Of a stretch of DNA of 32,000 nucleotides, positions 8,352-16,267 are shown one piece after another. Source of the DNA: Thermofilum pendens Hrk 5 (GTDB lineage: Archaea; Thermoproteota; Thermoprotei; Thermofilales; Thermofilaceae); contig NC_008698.1 of NCBI RefSeq assembly GCF_000015225.1, forward strand, positions 1,050,001 through 1,082,000, given 5' to 3'. Below the pieces are notes generated by a model that had not been told where the DNA came from, searched no databases, and saw only the letters and a program-made list of their open reading frames with translations. Both the position numbers and the translations under genes were made by a program. Every line of letters starts with the position of its first letter. The first letter of the stretch is position 1.

Positions 8352-9503
8352 ATGAAAACGAGGATCGTCGGGCTAGCACTAGTAGCCCTACTGCTACTGG
8401 CACCCCTGCAGATAGCCCTCGCGGGCACAGACACTTCGGCCGAGATCCTAGTATCGAACGCGAAGCGCCTCCAGCAACTGGTACACTACAGGAACACCGT
8501 GATCTCCTCAACGCTAAACGTCACGAGCATAGGATCCAACTGGACCCTGATACTCAACCTGACCCTCCAGGCCGACCTATACCTTAACGCTAGCATACAG
8601 GCCCTCAACGCGGGTAACTACACCGAGGCGAAGATCTACGCCATAAAAGCGATAAACACCTACGGCCAGGTACTAGAACTCCAAGAGGAGCTTGCCGAGG
8701 AGTACGACATACACTTCAAGCTTGAAGGGGAAATCGAGGAAGGCTACGCCAACGCCACGAAGCTCGGGGTAAACGCCTCAATAGCCATTAACCGCACCGC
8801 CCTCACCCTCCAGCTCGAAGTCCTGGAGAACAGGGTAGACCTACTCCTCGAAGTCCTCGGAAAGGTGAACACATCCCTCTACAACGTCTCGGGCGCCATA
8901 AGCCTGCTCCAAGAGGCGAAGCTCCTCCTAGAGGAGGCTGAGGCCAAGCTGGAGGCGGGCAACATCACCGTCCCGGAGCTCGCGAAGACACTCGCCGTGG
9001 TGAAGAAGATACTGGGACTCGTGAACGCCGAGCTCCACAGGGCGTCGCTGGCGCTTACAGTTAACCGCGCGATGAAGCTAGGCCTCCTGAAGAAGAACGA
9101 GACCCTGCCGCTCAACATGTCCCCCTTAATAAACCACACGAAGATAAAAGTCAAGGGGCTCAAAGGCAACCTCACGGAGCGCTTGGAGGAACTGGAGGAA
9201 GAGCTCAACGAGACGGCGGCGAAGATAGCGGCCGGCAACGTGTCGGCGAAGGAAGTGAAGAAAGCCGGTAAGCAACTCGAAAAGGAGCTCAAGGAGGTAG
9301 AGAAGAAGCTCAACGAAGTCTTCAGCCGCGTTGAGAACAAGATCGCGACGAAAGCAAAGGAGAAGGGAGGATGGAAGCACGAGATCAAGGTAGAAGTCAA
9401 AGAGAAGCACGGACAGGGCCCGCAGCCCTGGACTCCGAGTGTAACGCAAGGAGAAAGTGAGGAAGAGCACGAGGAAGGCGAAGGAAGAGGTAGAGGAAAG
9501 TAA
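8352..9503 (+). CDS. Secreted, heavily N-glycosylation-sequon-rich coiled-coil protein (possible surface or extracellular structural protein)
   Basis: 383 aa. Signal peptide MKTRIVGLALVALLLLAPLQIALAG. I counted 17 N-x-S/T sequons. Long heptad-like E/K/L-rich stretches and an acidic/Gly-Arg tail (ESEEEHEEGEGRGRGK). No C-terminal TM anchor. Confidence 0.75.
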   Translation: MKTRIVGLALVALLLLAPLQIALAGTDTSAEILVSNAKRLQQLVHYRNTVISSTLNVTSIGSNWTLILNLTLQADLYLNASIQALNAGNYTEAKIYAIKAINTYGQVLELQEELAEEYDIHFKLEGEIEEGYANATKLGVNASIAINRTALTLQLEVLENRVDLLLEVLGKVNTSLYNVSGAISLLQEAKLLLEEAEAKLEAGNITVPELAKTLAVVKKILGLVNAELHRASLALTVNRAMKLGLLKKNETLPLNMSPLINHTKIKVKGLKGNLTERLEELEEELNETAAKIAAGNVSAKEVKKAGKQLEKELKEVEKKLNEVFSRVENKIATKAKEKGGWKHEIKVEVKEKHGQGPQPWTPSVTQGESEEEHEEGEGRGRGK

Positions 9504-9509
9504 AACCAA

Positions 9510-9541
9510 TTTTTTTCTTTTTCCTATTTTTTTTAAAAAAA
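9510..9541 (+). terminator. Extended oligo-T terminator region after the secreted-protein gene
   Basis: tttttttctttttcctatttttttt followed by aaaaaaa, starting 7 nt after the stop at 9501-9503. Confidence 0.6.
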
Positions 9542-9635
9542 GCTTATGATTGGGTATTTCGAGCTTAAACTCTCGAGGTGAGGGCCTCTTCTCCTTTAAA
9601 GGATGCCCAATCACCACCGTATCGTGCCGTTATCC

Positions 9636-9655
9636 TAGACAGAGAGCTCTGTCTA
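9636..9655. promoter_or_regulatory. Palindrome TAGACAGAG-AG-CTCTGTCTA upstream of the molybdoenzyme operon (candidate regulator site)
   Basis: 9-bp perfect arms, located about 120 nt upstream of the ATG at 9776 and about 90 nt upstream of the TATA-like TTTTATAAA at 9743-9750. Confidence 0.45.
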
Positions 9656-9742
9656 CGTTGCGCAGGCAGTGTCTGGGTTGTTGAACTCTCAGAAACACAG
9701 AGTATTATTTTCGGTGAAAATATAGCGAGAATTACATAAGGT

Positions 9743-9750
9743 TTTATAAA
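9743..9750 (+). promoter_or_regulatory. TATA box of the molybdoenzyme operon
   Basis: TTTTATAAA-like box 26-33 nt upstream of the ATG at 9776, consistent with a leaderless or near-leaderless transcript. Confidence 0.5.
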
Positions 9751-9775
9751 CATGGCTAGATAATCATATATCGAT

Positions 9776-12214
9776 ATGGCAGAACTTACAAGGAGAGATG
9801 CAATCAAGCTCGGGGCACTGCTCGCCATAGCCTCTTCGCTTAATCTACCAGTAAAGGTTCAGAGACCATCCCGGGAAGTAGAAGCCTCCGCGGCTACAGC
9901 CAGGATACCCGTAATGTGCAGTATGTGCGCCGCGGGATGCGGGATTCTCCTAGTCAAGGAGGGAAACGGCACGGTCTACGTTGAGCCGAACCTCGAGCAC
10001 CCGCAGCCGGGGCTCTGCGCGAGGGCGGCTTCCGCGCTCCAGCTGTGGAACCACCCCTTGAGGCTGAAGAAGCCCTTGAAGAGGGTTGGCGAAAGGGGTG
10101 AGGGCAAGTTCCAGGAGGTCGACTGGGATACTGCTCTCAACGAGATAGCTACGAAGCTGAAGGAGATAATCTCCAAGTATGGTCCCGAGTCTGTCGTATT
10201 CACGTACCACGACTTCTACGCCTGGCACATGCCGCTCATAGCGTTCACGCTCGGCACGCCTAACCACGTTCAGCACGCGTCTTGTTGCCACAACGCAAGC
10301 ACGTACGCGAGGATGCTGGTTCTAGGGGCAGGTGGACCTCCGACCGTCGACCCGGACTACGAGCGGGCACGCTACGTAGTGTTCGTGGGCCGAGTTCTGT
10401 GCGCGGCGATGGGCATGGTTCAAAGGCTTCAGAAAGCGCGGGAGTCCGGCGTGAAGCTAGTCTTCGTGGACCCCAGGATGGGCAACGCGGCGATGGCAGA
10501 GGGTGAGTGGGTCCCCATACTGCCCGGTACGGACGCCGCCTTCCTGCTCTCCATGATCCACGTCATACTCAGCGAGAAGCTGTACGACGAGTCCTTTTTG
10601 AAGAAGTACACGAACGCGACTTTCCTCATAAAGCCCGACGGAAGCCCCCTCACAGAGAAAGACCTCGGCAGGGAGGGCTCAGACTACGTTGTCTACGACG
10701 CCGACGCGAAAGACTTCCTGAGCTACAAGAAGTCGAAGAACCCGGCCCTCGAGTGGGAGGGCGACGTCGCCGGCTTCCACGTGAAGACAGCGTTCCTGCT
10801 ACTCAAGGAGAGGGCTTCGCAGTACGCCCCTGAGCAGGCCGAGAAGATATGCGGGGTCCCGGCGGACACTATCAGGAGGATTGCCCGCGAGTTCGCCAAC
10901 GCTAGGGGAGTGGTGGAGGACGGCTGGTGGTCCGCGAAGAACGCGAACGACTCAGATGCTTATAGGGCCGCGCTTACACTCAACGCCCTCGTCGGTAGCA
11001 TCGAGACTGCGGGGGGTCTCTACATAAAGCTGGGGTCTAAGATGCCCCCCTCAGCCACGGCGACTGCCGAAAAAGTAACCACGATTACGGGCGGAACGCT
11101 TCCCGGGATCAGGGCGAAGAGGATAGACACGCAGAAGTACCCAGCTGTACCCCATGTTTTCGACGCCGTGCTTGACGCCGCGCTCGAAGGCAAGCCGTAC
11201 CCGGTTAAAGCTCTGTTCATCGTGGGCGCCGAGCCTTTCACTAGGGATGTGAACACCGAGAAACTGAAAAAGGCCCTCAAAGCCATGGAGCTCGTCGTGG
11301 TAATCGACGTTGTACCGAACGATAGCGTTGACTACGCGGACTACGTGCTCCCGGACAACATCTTCCTGGAAAGGGAGGAGCTCACAGACGTCAAGTTTAC
11401 TCCGCACGCGGCGATACAGCTGTCGCACAAAGCCCTCGACCCGCCTCCCGGCATAGACGCGCGGAACGGCTTCTGGATCATGATGGAAATCCTGCGCCGA
11501 ACAGTCCCCGAGAGAGCCAAGGCAGTAGGCTACACCGAGGAGTATTCCAGCTACGAGAAGTTCAAGGAGTTCGAAGCGCTTGTCAAGCGGAAAGTCTTGG
11601 AGTCCCTCTCGAAGACGTGGAACGTCCCGGTGGAAGACATAGAGAAGTCCCTTGAGGAGAAAGGCTTCTATGTGTTCAAGCACTGGATGCCGAAGGCGGG
11701 CCCGGGAACCCTCCCCACGCCCAGCGGCCTCGTCGAGATATACAGCCTGGCAGCGCTAAAGTACAACGACGACCCGCTACCAAAGTGGAAGCGCCCGCCG
11801 TACACACTTCCGAGCAACCCGGACGAGTTCTACCTCGTGAGCGGAAGGGACCAGTTCGTCACCGCGCACGCTGTGTGGACGAAGAACATTATCCACCTAG
11901 TAGACAGGAGGGTCTGGATGAACCCCAACGACGCTAAGCGCCTGGGCATAAAGGACGGCGACCTCATAGAGCTCGAAGGGCTGGACAACCACTACAAGGC
12001 CCGCGCGAGGGTAAAGGTGACGAACAGGGTTAGGGAAGGCGTTCTGTTCGTGTACAGCAGAGCGGGAGGACGCTTCTCGAGGCTTATCACGGGCGAGTAC
12101 GAAGTTATGAAGGAGGGGATAAACCCGAACATGTTCACTCTGAGCTGGCTGGAGCCGCTCAACGGGTCGACGGGTCTTAACTCTACGGTTAAGGTTAGAA
12201 GGGTGGGAGCATGA
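9776..12214 (+). CDS. Tat-exported molybdopterin (bis-MGD) oxidoreductase catalytic subunit, PsrA/PhsA/TtrA/SreA/ArrA-like (substrate not determinable by eye)
   Basis: 812 aa. Twin-arginine signal LTRRDAIKLGALLAIASS. N-terminal 4Fe-4S motif CSMCAAGCG...C (CxxCxxxC...C). A Cys-containing segment QHASCCHNAS lies where the Mo-ligand Cys is expected. The C-terminal beta-barrel region matches the molydopterin dinucleotide-binding domain (DLIELEGLDNHYKARARVKVTNRVREGVLFV). Confidence 0.9.
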   Translation: MAELTRRDAIKLGALLAIASSLNLPVKVQRPSREVEASAATARIPVMCSMCAAGCGILLVKEGNGTVYVEPNLEHPQPGLCARAASALQLWNHPLRLKKPLKRVGERGEGKFQEVDWDTALNEIATKLKEIISKYGPESVVFTYHDFYAWHMPLIAFTLGTPNHVQHASCCHNASTYARMLVLGAGGPPTVDPDYERARYVVFVGRVLCAAMGMVQRLQKARESGVKLVFVDPRMGNAAMAEGEWVPILPGTDAAFLLSMIHVILSEKLYDESFLKKYTNATFLIKPDGSPLTEKDLGREGSDYVVYDADAKDFLSYKKSKNPALEWEGDVAGFHVKTAFLLLKERASQYAPEQAEKICGVPADTIRRIAREFANARGVVEDGWWSAKNANDSDAYRAALTLNALVGSIETAGGLYIKLGSKMPPSATATAEKVTTITGGTLPGIRAKRIDTQKYPAVPHVFDAVLDAALEGKPYPVKALFIVGAEPFTRDVNTEKLKKALKAMELVVVIDVVPNDSVDYADYVLPDNIFLEREELTDVKFTPHAAIQLSHKALDPPPGIDARNGFWIMMEILRRTVPERAKAVGYTEEYSSYEKFKEFEALVKRKVLESLSKTWNVPVEDIEKSLEEKGFYVFKHWMPKAGPGTLPTPSGLVEIYSLAALKYNDDPLPKWKRPPYTLPSNPDEFYLVSGRDQFVTAHAVWTKNIIHLVDRRVWMNPNDAKRLGIKDGDLIELEGLDNHYKARARVKVTNRVREGVLFVYSRAGGRFSRLITGEYEVMKEGINPNMFTLSWLEPLNGSTGLNSTVKVRRVGA

Positions 12215-12774
12215 GGCTGGCGCACCTCTGGGATCAGAGCAGGTGTATAGGTTGCGGGGCTTGCATAGCGGCGTGCAACGCGGCTAACTACCGCTCCACC
12301 ACGAAGGACAACCCGACGTGGGGAGGAGTACAGACGAACATTAAGCGCATAGTCTTCGACCTCAAGGAGAAACCGTACATCCTGCTGGTACAGTGCCAGC
12401 ACTGCGAAAACGCTCCCTGCGTTGCCGTCTGCCCCACAGGCGCCTCGTACATCGATAGGGATGGCCTCGTTAAGATAAACCCCGACCTCTGCATAGGGTG
12501 CAAGTACTGCATGACCGCCTGCCCCTACGGTATGCGCTGGCTCGACCCCGACTTCGGGCTACCGGAGAAGTGCATGGGCGAGACGTGCCAGTCGAGGGTC
12601 AAGGCGGGCTTGATGCCCGTATGCGTTACCGTGTGCCCCGCCGGCGCGAGAGCGTTCGGAGACCTCGACGACCCGAATAGCGAGGTGAACAAGAGGCTTA
12701 AGAAGGGTAGGGTCGTCAGGCTCCTCGAGTATAAAGGTACGAGGCCAAAGTTCTTCGTGGTGGTGGGAAGATGA
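12211..12774 (+). CDS. 4Fe-4S ferredoxin-type electron-transfer subunit (PsrB/TtrB/NrfC-like)
   Basis: 187 aa with four cluster motifs: CIGCGACIAAC, CQHCENAPCVAVCP, CIGCKYCMTACP, and C...CVTVCP. ATGA overlap with the upstream catalytic subunit. Confidence 0.9.
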   Translation: MRLAHLWDQSRCIGCGACIAACNAANYRSTTKDNPTWGGVQTNIKRIVFDLKEKPYILLVQCQHCENAPCVAVCPTGASYIDRDGLVKINPDLCIGCKYCMTACPYGMRWLDPDFGLPEKCMGETCQSRVKAGLMPVCVTVCPAGARAFGDLDDPNSEVNKRLKKGRVVRLLEYKGTRPKFFVVVGR

Positions 12775-13649
12775 TGTTCCAGGAGGTTTGGAACCCGGTA
12801 ATCATTGGGCTGTTCCTCTGGTTCGCCGGCATAGCCGGGATGGGGAGCGTTGCGTACGCGTTGATGAAGCTGGGCAAGGTGGAGGAGAAGACCAAGGAGC
12901 TATCCTGCGTGGTGTTCGCGTCCATAGTGCTGGCCCTAGTATTCGTGGTGGCAGACCTCTCAAGGCCTCTCAACATGCCCCTAGCGATTATACGCTCGGT
13001 TCTCAGCGGCACGTTCTTCTACAAGCTCTCTACATCCTGGATGACGATAGGCATCTCCCTGCTCTCCATCCTCCTGCTACTCGCACTACTAGTGCTCCTC
13101 CGCGAGACAGTGGCTAAAGGGCTCCAAAAGATCGTTGACGCGAAGTGGTACCTCGTGCTAACGGGCTTCGTGGGCTTCATGGTAGTGATATACAGCGGCT
13201 TCCTGATAGCAGACGCGCCCGGAGTGCCCTTCTGGAACAACTCCCTGATCCCGGTGCTCTGGATACTCTCCGCCTCTATATGCGCGATCGCAGTACTGAA
13301 AATCCTAGTGCACAAGCCCGAGGTCTCGAACTTCCTTACGAAGTCGGGCCTCGCGGTAGACATCGCGGAGGCTGTAGCCCTAGCGTCGCTGCTGAACGTC
13401 TCGCTGTACTCCGGCGTAGAGGCGGCGCGGAGGAGCGCGGAGGCTCTCGTAGCAGGCGAGCTCGCCGCGGCTTTCTGGCTCCTGGTAGTTCTCGTAGGGG
13501 TAGCGGTGCCGATGGTGCTAGGCTTCATGCTGCTCAGGAAGGAGGATAGGAGGCTCGCACTCCTAGCCGCCGCCTGCGCCCTAGTAGGCGCGCTCGCGCT
13601 CAGAATACTAGTACTACAGGCAGGAATCTTCCTGGAACTGTCTCTTTAA
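12771..13649 (+). CDS. NrfD/PsrC-type integral membrane quinol-interacting anchor subunit
   Basis: 292 aa with about 8 hydrophobic helices. It sits in the third position of an A-B-C molybdoenzyme operon, with a 4-nt ATGA start/stop overlap (start 12771, upstream stop 12772-12774). Confidence 0.8.
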   Translation: MMFQEVWNPVIIGLFLWFAGIAGMGSVAYALMKLGKVEEKTKELSCVVFASIVLALVFVVADLSRPLNMPLAIIRSVLSGTFFYKLSTSWMTIGISLLSILLLLALLVLLRETVAKGLQKIVDAKWYLVLTGFVGFMVVIYSGFLIADAPGVPFWNNSLIPVLWILSASICAIAVLKILVHKPEVSNFLTKSGLAVDIAEAVALASLLNVSLYSGVEAARRSAEALVAGELAAAFWLLVVLVGVAVPMVLGFMLLRKEDRRLALLAAACALVGALALRILVLQAGIFLELSL

Positions 13650-13668
13650 AAAAACCTTTTTTTATTTT
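13648..13668. terminator. Shared bidirectional oligo-T terminator (A7-CC-T7-A-T4) between convergent operons
   Basis: Sequence aaaaaaaccttttttt atttt sits exactly between the psrC-like stop (13647-13649) and the SdhD-like stop (13662-13664). Each strand reads a T7 run right after its own stop. Archaeal RNAP terminates at oligo-T. Confidence 0.6.
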
Positions 13669-14006
13669 AGTAGCACTAGCACGTTGAATGCTACTATCCA
13701 CGTGGCTAGCGCTATCCCCAGCGCTGTCAGTACTTTTCTGGATTTCTCCTCGCTCAGCAACTTCGACTCCACGAGGACCATGTGGAGCCCGTATAGAGCG
13801 TGGTAGGTAGCCGAGAACGCCAGTACGAGCTCTCCGAGCATTACGAGCGGGTTCTTGAGAGCCGCCAAGACCTCTTCGTAGGTGGGTATGCCGTGCGCCG
13901 ACCCGAGCAGGTGCACTCTGACTATGTGGGCTGAGACGGCTAGCGCGAGCACTGCTCCGGTTACTGCCTGGAGGAACCAGGCTACCCCGCTTTTACCGGA
14001 AGGCAT
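13662..14006 (-). CDS. SdhD-like small hydrophobic membrane-anchor subunit
   Basis: 114 aa with 3 TM helices and conserved His residues (SAHIVRVHLLG, TYHALYGLHMV). It overlaps the upstream SdhC-like gene by 14 nt. Confidence 0.65.
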   Translation of the reverse strand: MPSGKSGVAWFLQAVTGAVLALAVSAHIVRVHLLGSAHGIPTYEEVLAALKNPLVMLGELVLAFSATYHALYGLHMVLVESKLLSEEKSRKVLTALGIALATWIVAFNVLVLLK

Positions 14007-14376
14007 TCACTATCACCGCCGCGCCGACGGCGAAGAGCACGACTATTGCCAGCCAGCTCGCGGCTAAGAGTTGCCTCCTCTTCTCCAGGAGGAACCCCGA
14101 CTCTACTACCGCGGAGTAGGCTCCGAGCACACCGTGCACGACCAGCACCCCCCATAGGAAGAGGTCCACGAGTACCGCTGGAGGAGAAGTGAACACCTTG
14201 AGGAAGGAGTCGTAGACCTCCTTGCCGAGCACGACGGTCGATATGTCGACCATGTGCACGAGGAAGTACAGGGCTAGCACTATCCCGGAAAGCCTTCTCA
14301 ACGAGAACGACACGTGCTCCAGGCTTCTACCCTTAACGCGGAACCACGACGACAAGACAACCCGCAACCTCTCCAC
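13993..14376 (-). CDS. SdhC-like cytochrome b membrane-anchor subunit
   Basis: 127 aa with 3 TM helices. The pattern LRRLSGIVLALYFLVHM...VVHGVLG is typical of succinate dehydrogenase / fumarate reductase subunit C. It directly abuts the Fe-S subunit gene. Confidence 0.7.
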   Translation of the reverse strand: MERLRVVLSSWFRVKGRSLEHVSFSLRRLSGIVLALYFLVHMVDISTVVLGKEVYDSFLKVFTSPPAVLVDLFLWGVLVVHGVLGAYSAVVESGFLLEKRRQLLAASWLAIVVLFAVGAAVIVNAFR

Positions 14377-15045
14377 CTACCTCACCCCGAGCTTACCCGA
14401 TAGGAAACCCCTCCTAACCTTCATTATAGTCTCGCCCGGCTTGAAGCCAACCGGGCACCTCACGCTACACTCGAAGGCCGCGTGACAGGCCCACACGCCC
14501 CTCCTCGAGTCTAGAACGGCGGGGACCTTCCCGTCCTTCGAGGACCTGTAGGCAAGCGCTATGACCGAGGGGCCCAGGTACTCCGGGAAAGTGTTCGCTA
14601 TGGGGCACGCAGAGTAGCATACCCCGCACTCCACGCAGTCGAAGAGCTTTTCCAGCTCGACCACCCCGTCTACCCTCTCCAGTGTGCCGGGCTCTACGAG
14701 CGCGTACTGGGAGAACATCCTCGACTTGTCCACGGCTAGGTCGCTGACAACGCGGAACCCTCTGAGCGGCTCGACCACAACTACGCCTCCCCTGGCAACC
14801 TCGCCTATCCTGGTCACGCAGGCAAGCCTCTCCACGCCGTTTATGACCATGCCGCAAGCCCCGCACACGCCGTGGTGGCATGCGTGCTCGAACGTCAGCG
14901 TGGGGTCCTGTTCCAGGCTTACCTTTTCGAGCGCGTCGAGCACCGATGTATCAGGGTCAACGTCTACCTCGTAGGCCCTGTACTCCGCTTCCCTCCAGCC
15001 CTGCTTGTACCTCCTAACCACTAAACGGTACCTCACGTCGACCAC
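14377..15045 (-). CDS. SdhB/FrdB-type iron-sulfur subunit (2Fe-2S, 4Fe-4S, 3Fe-4S)
   Basis: 222 aa. Motifs CHHGVCGACGMVINGVERLAC (2Fe-2S), CVECGVCYSACP (4Fe-4S), and CHAAFECSVRCP (third cluster). The start lies 3 nt after the stop of the upstream flavoprotein gene. Confidence 0.9.
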   Translation of the reverse strand: MVDVRYRLVVRRYKQGWREAEYRAYEVDVDPDTSVLDALEKVSLEQDPTLTFEHACHHGVCGACGMVINGVERLACVTRIGEVARGGVVVVEPLRGFRVVSDLAVDKSRMFSQYALVEPGTLERVDGVVELEKLFDCVECGVCYSACPIANTFPEYLGPSVIALAYRSSKDGKVPAVLDSRRGVWACHAAFECSVRCPVGFKPGETIMKVRRGFLSGKLGVR

Positions 15046-15048
15046 CTC

Positions 15049-16203
15049 CTAGGTGAAGTACGCCCAGTACGGTGCGAGGGGGGTCTCCGCCGTGCGGGAG
15101 GGCGTGGAGACACCGAGCCTCTCGGCTACGAAGTCGCCCGTCTTCTCCGCCATGAGCCTAGCAGTCGTGAACTTCCCGCCTATAACGCTTGCCATGTTGC
15201 CGGCGCCTTCCCGCGAGTGGTCGATGATGGCGAAGCTCCTGCTGACCTCCCTACCGGTACCCGCCGGCAGGCTCCCCACCAGGGGGCGGGACGACACGTA
15301 CACAGCTTTCACCCTCAGCTTGGAGGTCACCGGGGCAAGCTCCCTCCCGCGCCTGAGCAGTAGCTCCACGTGCTCCCTGGGGGCCTCCACCTTGTCGGGA
15401 TCCTCCACTACCCAGGAAGTCGTGCCTATAACCGAGGTCCCCCTGTGGTGGACTATTATATCCCCGTCCCCCGGCTTGTTTAGCCTGTTGAAGACCCTGA
15501 AGCCTACCCGCCCATCCAGCGCGACCATGACTCCCGGGCTGGGCTTCACCGGGACGTCGAGCCCCGCCAGCCTGGCGACCTTCTTGGCCCACGCCCCGGT
15601 CGCGTTAACGAAGAAGTCGGCCTCGAGCTCGTACTCCCTCAGGGATACCTTGTCCCTCACTTTAACCGCCTTCACCTCTCCCCCCTCCACCCTGAAGCCC
15701 ACGACCTCGTTGTACGGCCTAATGTCGGCCCCGCGCTGTTTAGCCGAAGCTAAAAAGCTCAGGATGACCTTTAAGGGGTCGAAGGTACCGTCGGGGACAA
15801 GCACCGCCGCCTTCAAGTCGGGGTTGAGGTTCGGCTCCAGCTTGAGAGCCTCCTCCCGGCTAACCTCCTTCACCGGTATGCCTGCCTCCTCGCACTTCTT
15901 GAGGAAGAAGTCCTTGTACTCCAGGTCTGACTCGTCCACGGCCACGAAAATCCCGCCGTTCTTCTCGAAGAGGAACGGCGCTATCCTCCGGAGCACCACG
16001 TTCTCGGAGTAACACTCCCTTGCCACCTCCACGTCCGCCACGTACCTACACCCGCTATGCAGGAGCCCGTGGGTTCTCCCGCTCGTACCGCTCCCGATGG
16101 AGCCTCTCTCGAGTAGCGTTACCCTCAGCCCGCGTAGCGCCAAGTCGTAGGCAAGCGCTGCTCCCGTGACGCCTCCGCCTATCACGACGACCTTCTTCGT
16201 CAA
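15049..16203 (-). CDS. glpA: FAD-dependent glycerol-3-phosphate dehydrogenase, short GlpA/GlpD-type (DAO family)
   Basis: 384 aa. N-terminal dinucleotide fold VVVIGGGVTGAALAYDLALRGLRVTLLER followed by GTSGRTHGLLHSGCRY, which matches the GTSxxSxKLxHGGxRY pattern of GlpA/GlpD. Located immediately downstream of glpK. TTG start at 16201-16203. No C-terminal BFD-like 2Fe-2S extension. Confidence 0.8.
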   Translation of the reverse strand: MTKKVVVIGGGVTGAALAYDLALRGLRVTLLERGSIGSGTSGRTHGLLHSGCRYVADVEVARECYSENVVLRRIAPFLFEKNGGIFVAVDESDLEYKDFFLKKCEEAGIPVKEVSREEALKLEPNLNPDLKAAVLVPDGTFDPLKVILSFLASAKQRGADIRPYNEVVGFRVEGGEVKAVKVRDKVSLREYELEADFFVNATGAWAKKVARLAGLDVPVKPSPGVMVALDGRVGFRVFNRLNKPGDGDIIVHHRGTSVIGTTSWVVEDPDKVEAPREHVELLLRRGRELAPVTSKLRVKAVYVSSRPLVGSLPAGTGREVSRSFAIIDHSREGAGNMASVIGGKFTTARLMAEKTGDFVAERLGVSTPSRTAETPLAPYWAYFT

Positions 16204-16267
16204 GGGAGGTCAACCTGTAACTTTATTGATAGTTATTTAAACTTTGTTGAGTAAATAGGGTGGATAC

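Noticed and set aside
15053-16012. 319-aa plus-strand ORF antisense to the G3P dehydrogenase gene. Similar long antisense ORFs occur at 4258..5001, 5563..6012, 3011..3391, 3398..3691, 8879..9400, 13019..13528, 24549..24935, 28310..28681 and 11051..11683.
   Set aside because: Each lies fully inside, and antisense to, a gene with clear family motifs. Their translations are Ser/Thr/Pro/Arg-rich low-complexity strings, as expected when GC-rich coding DNA is read on the wrong strand. None has a promoter-like box.
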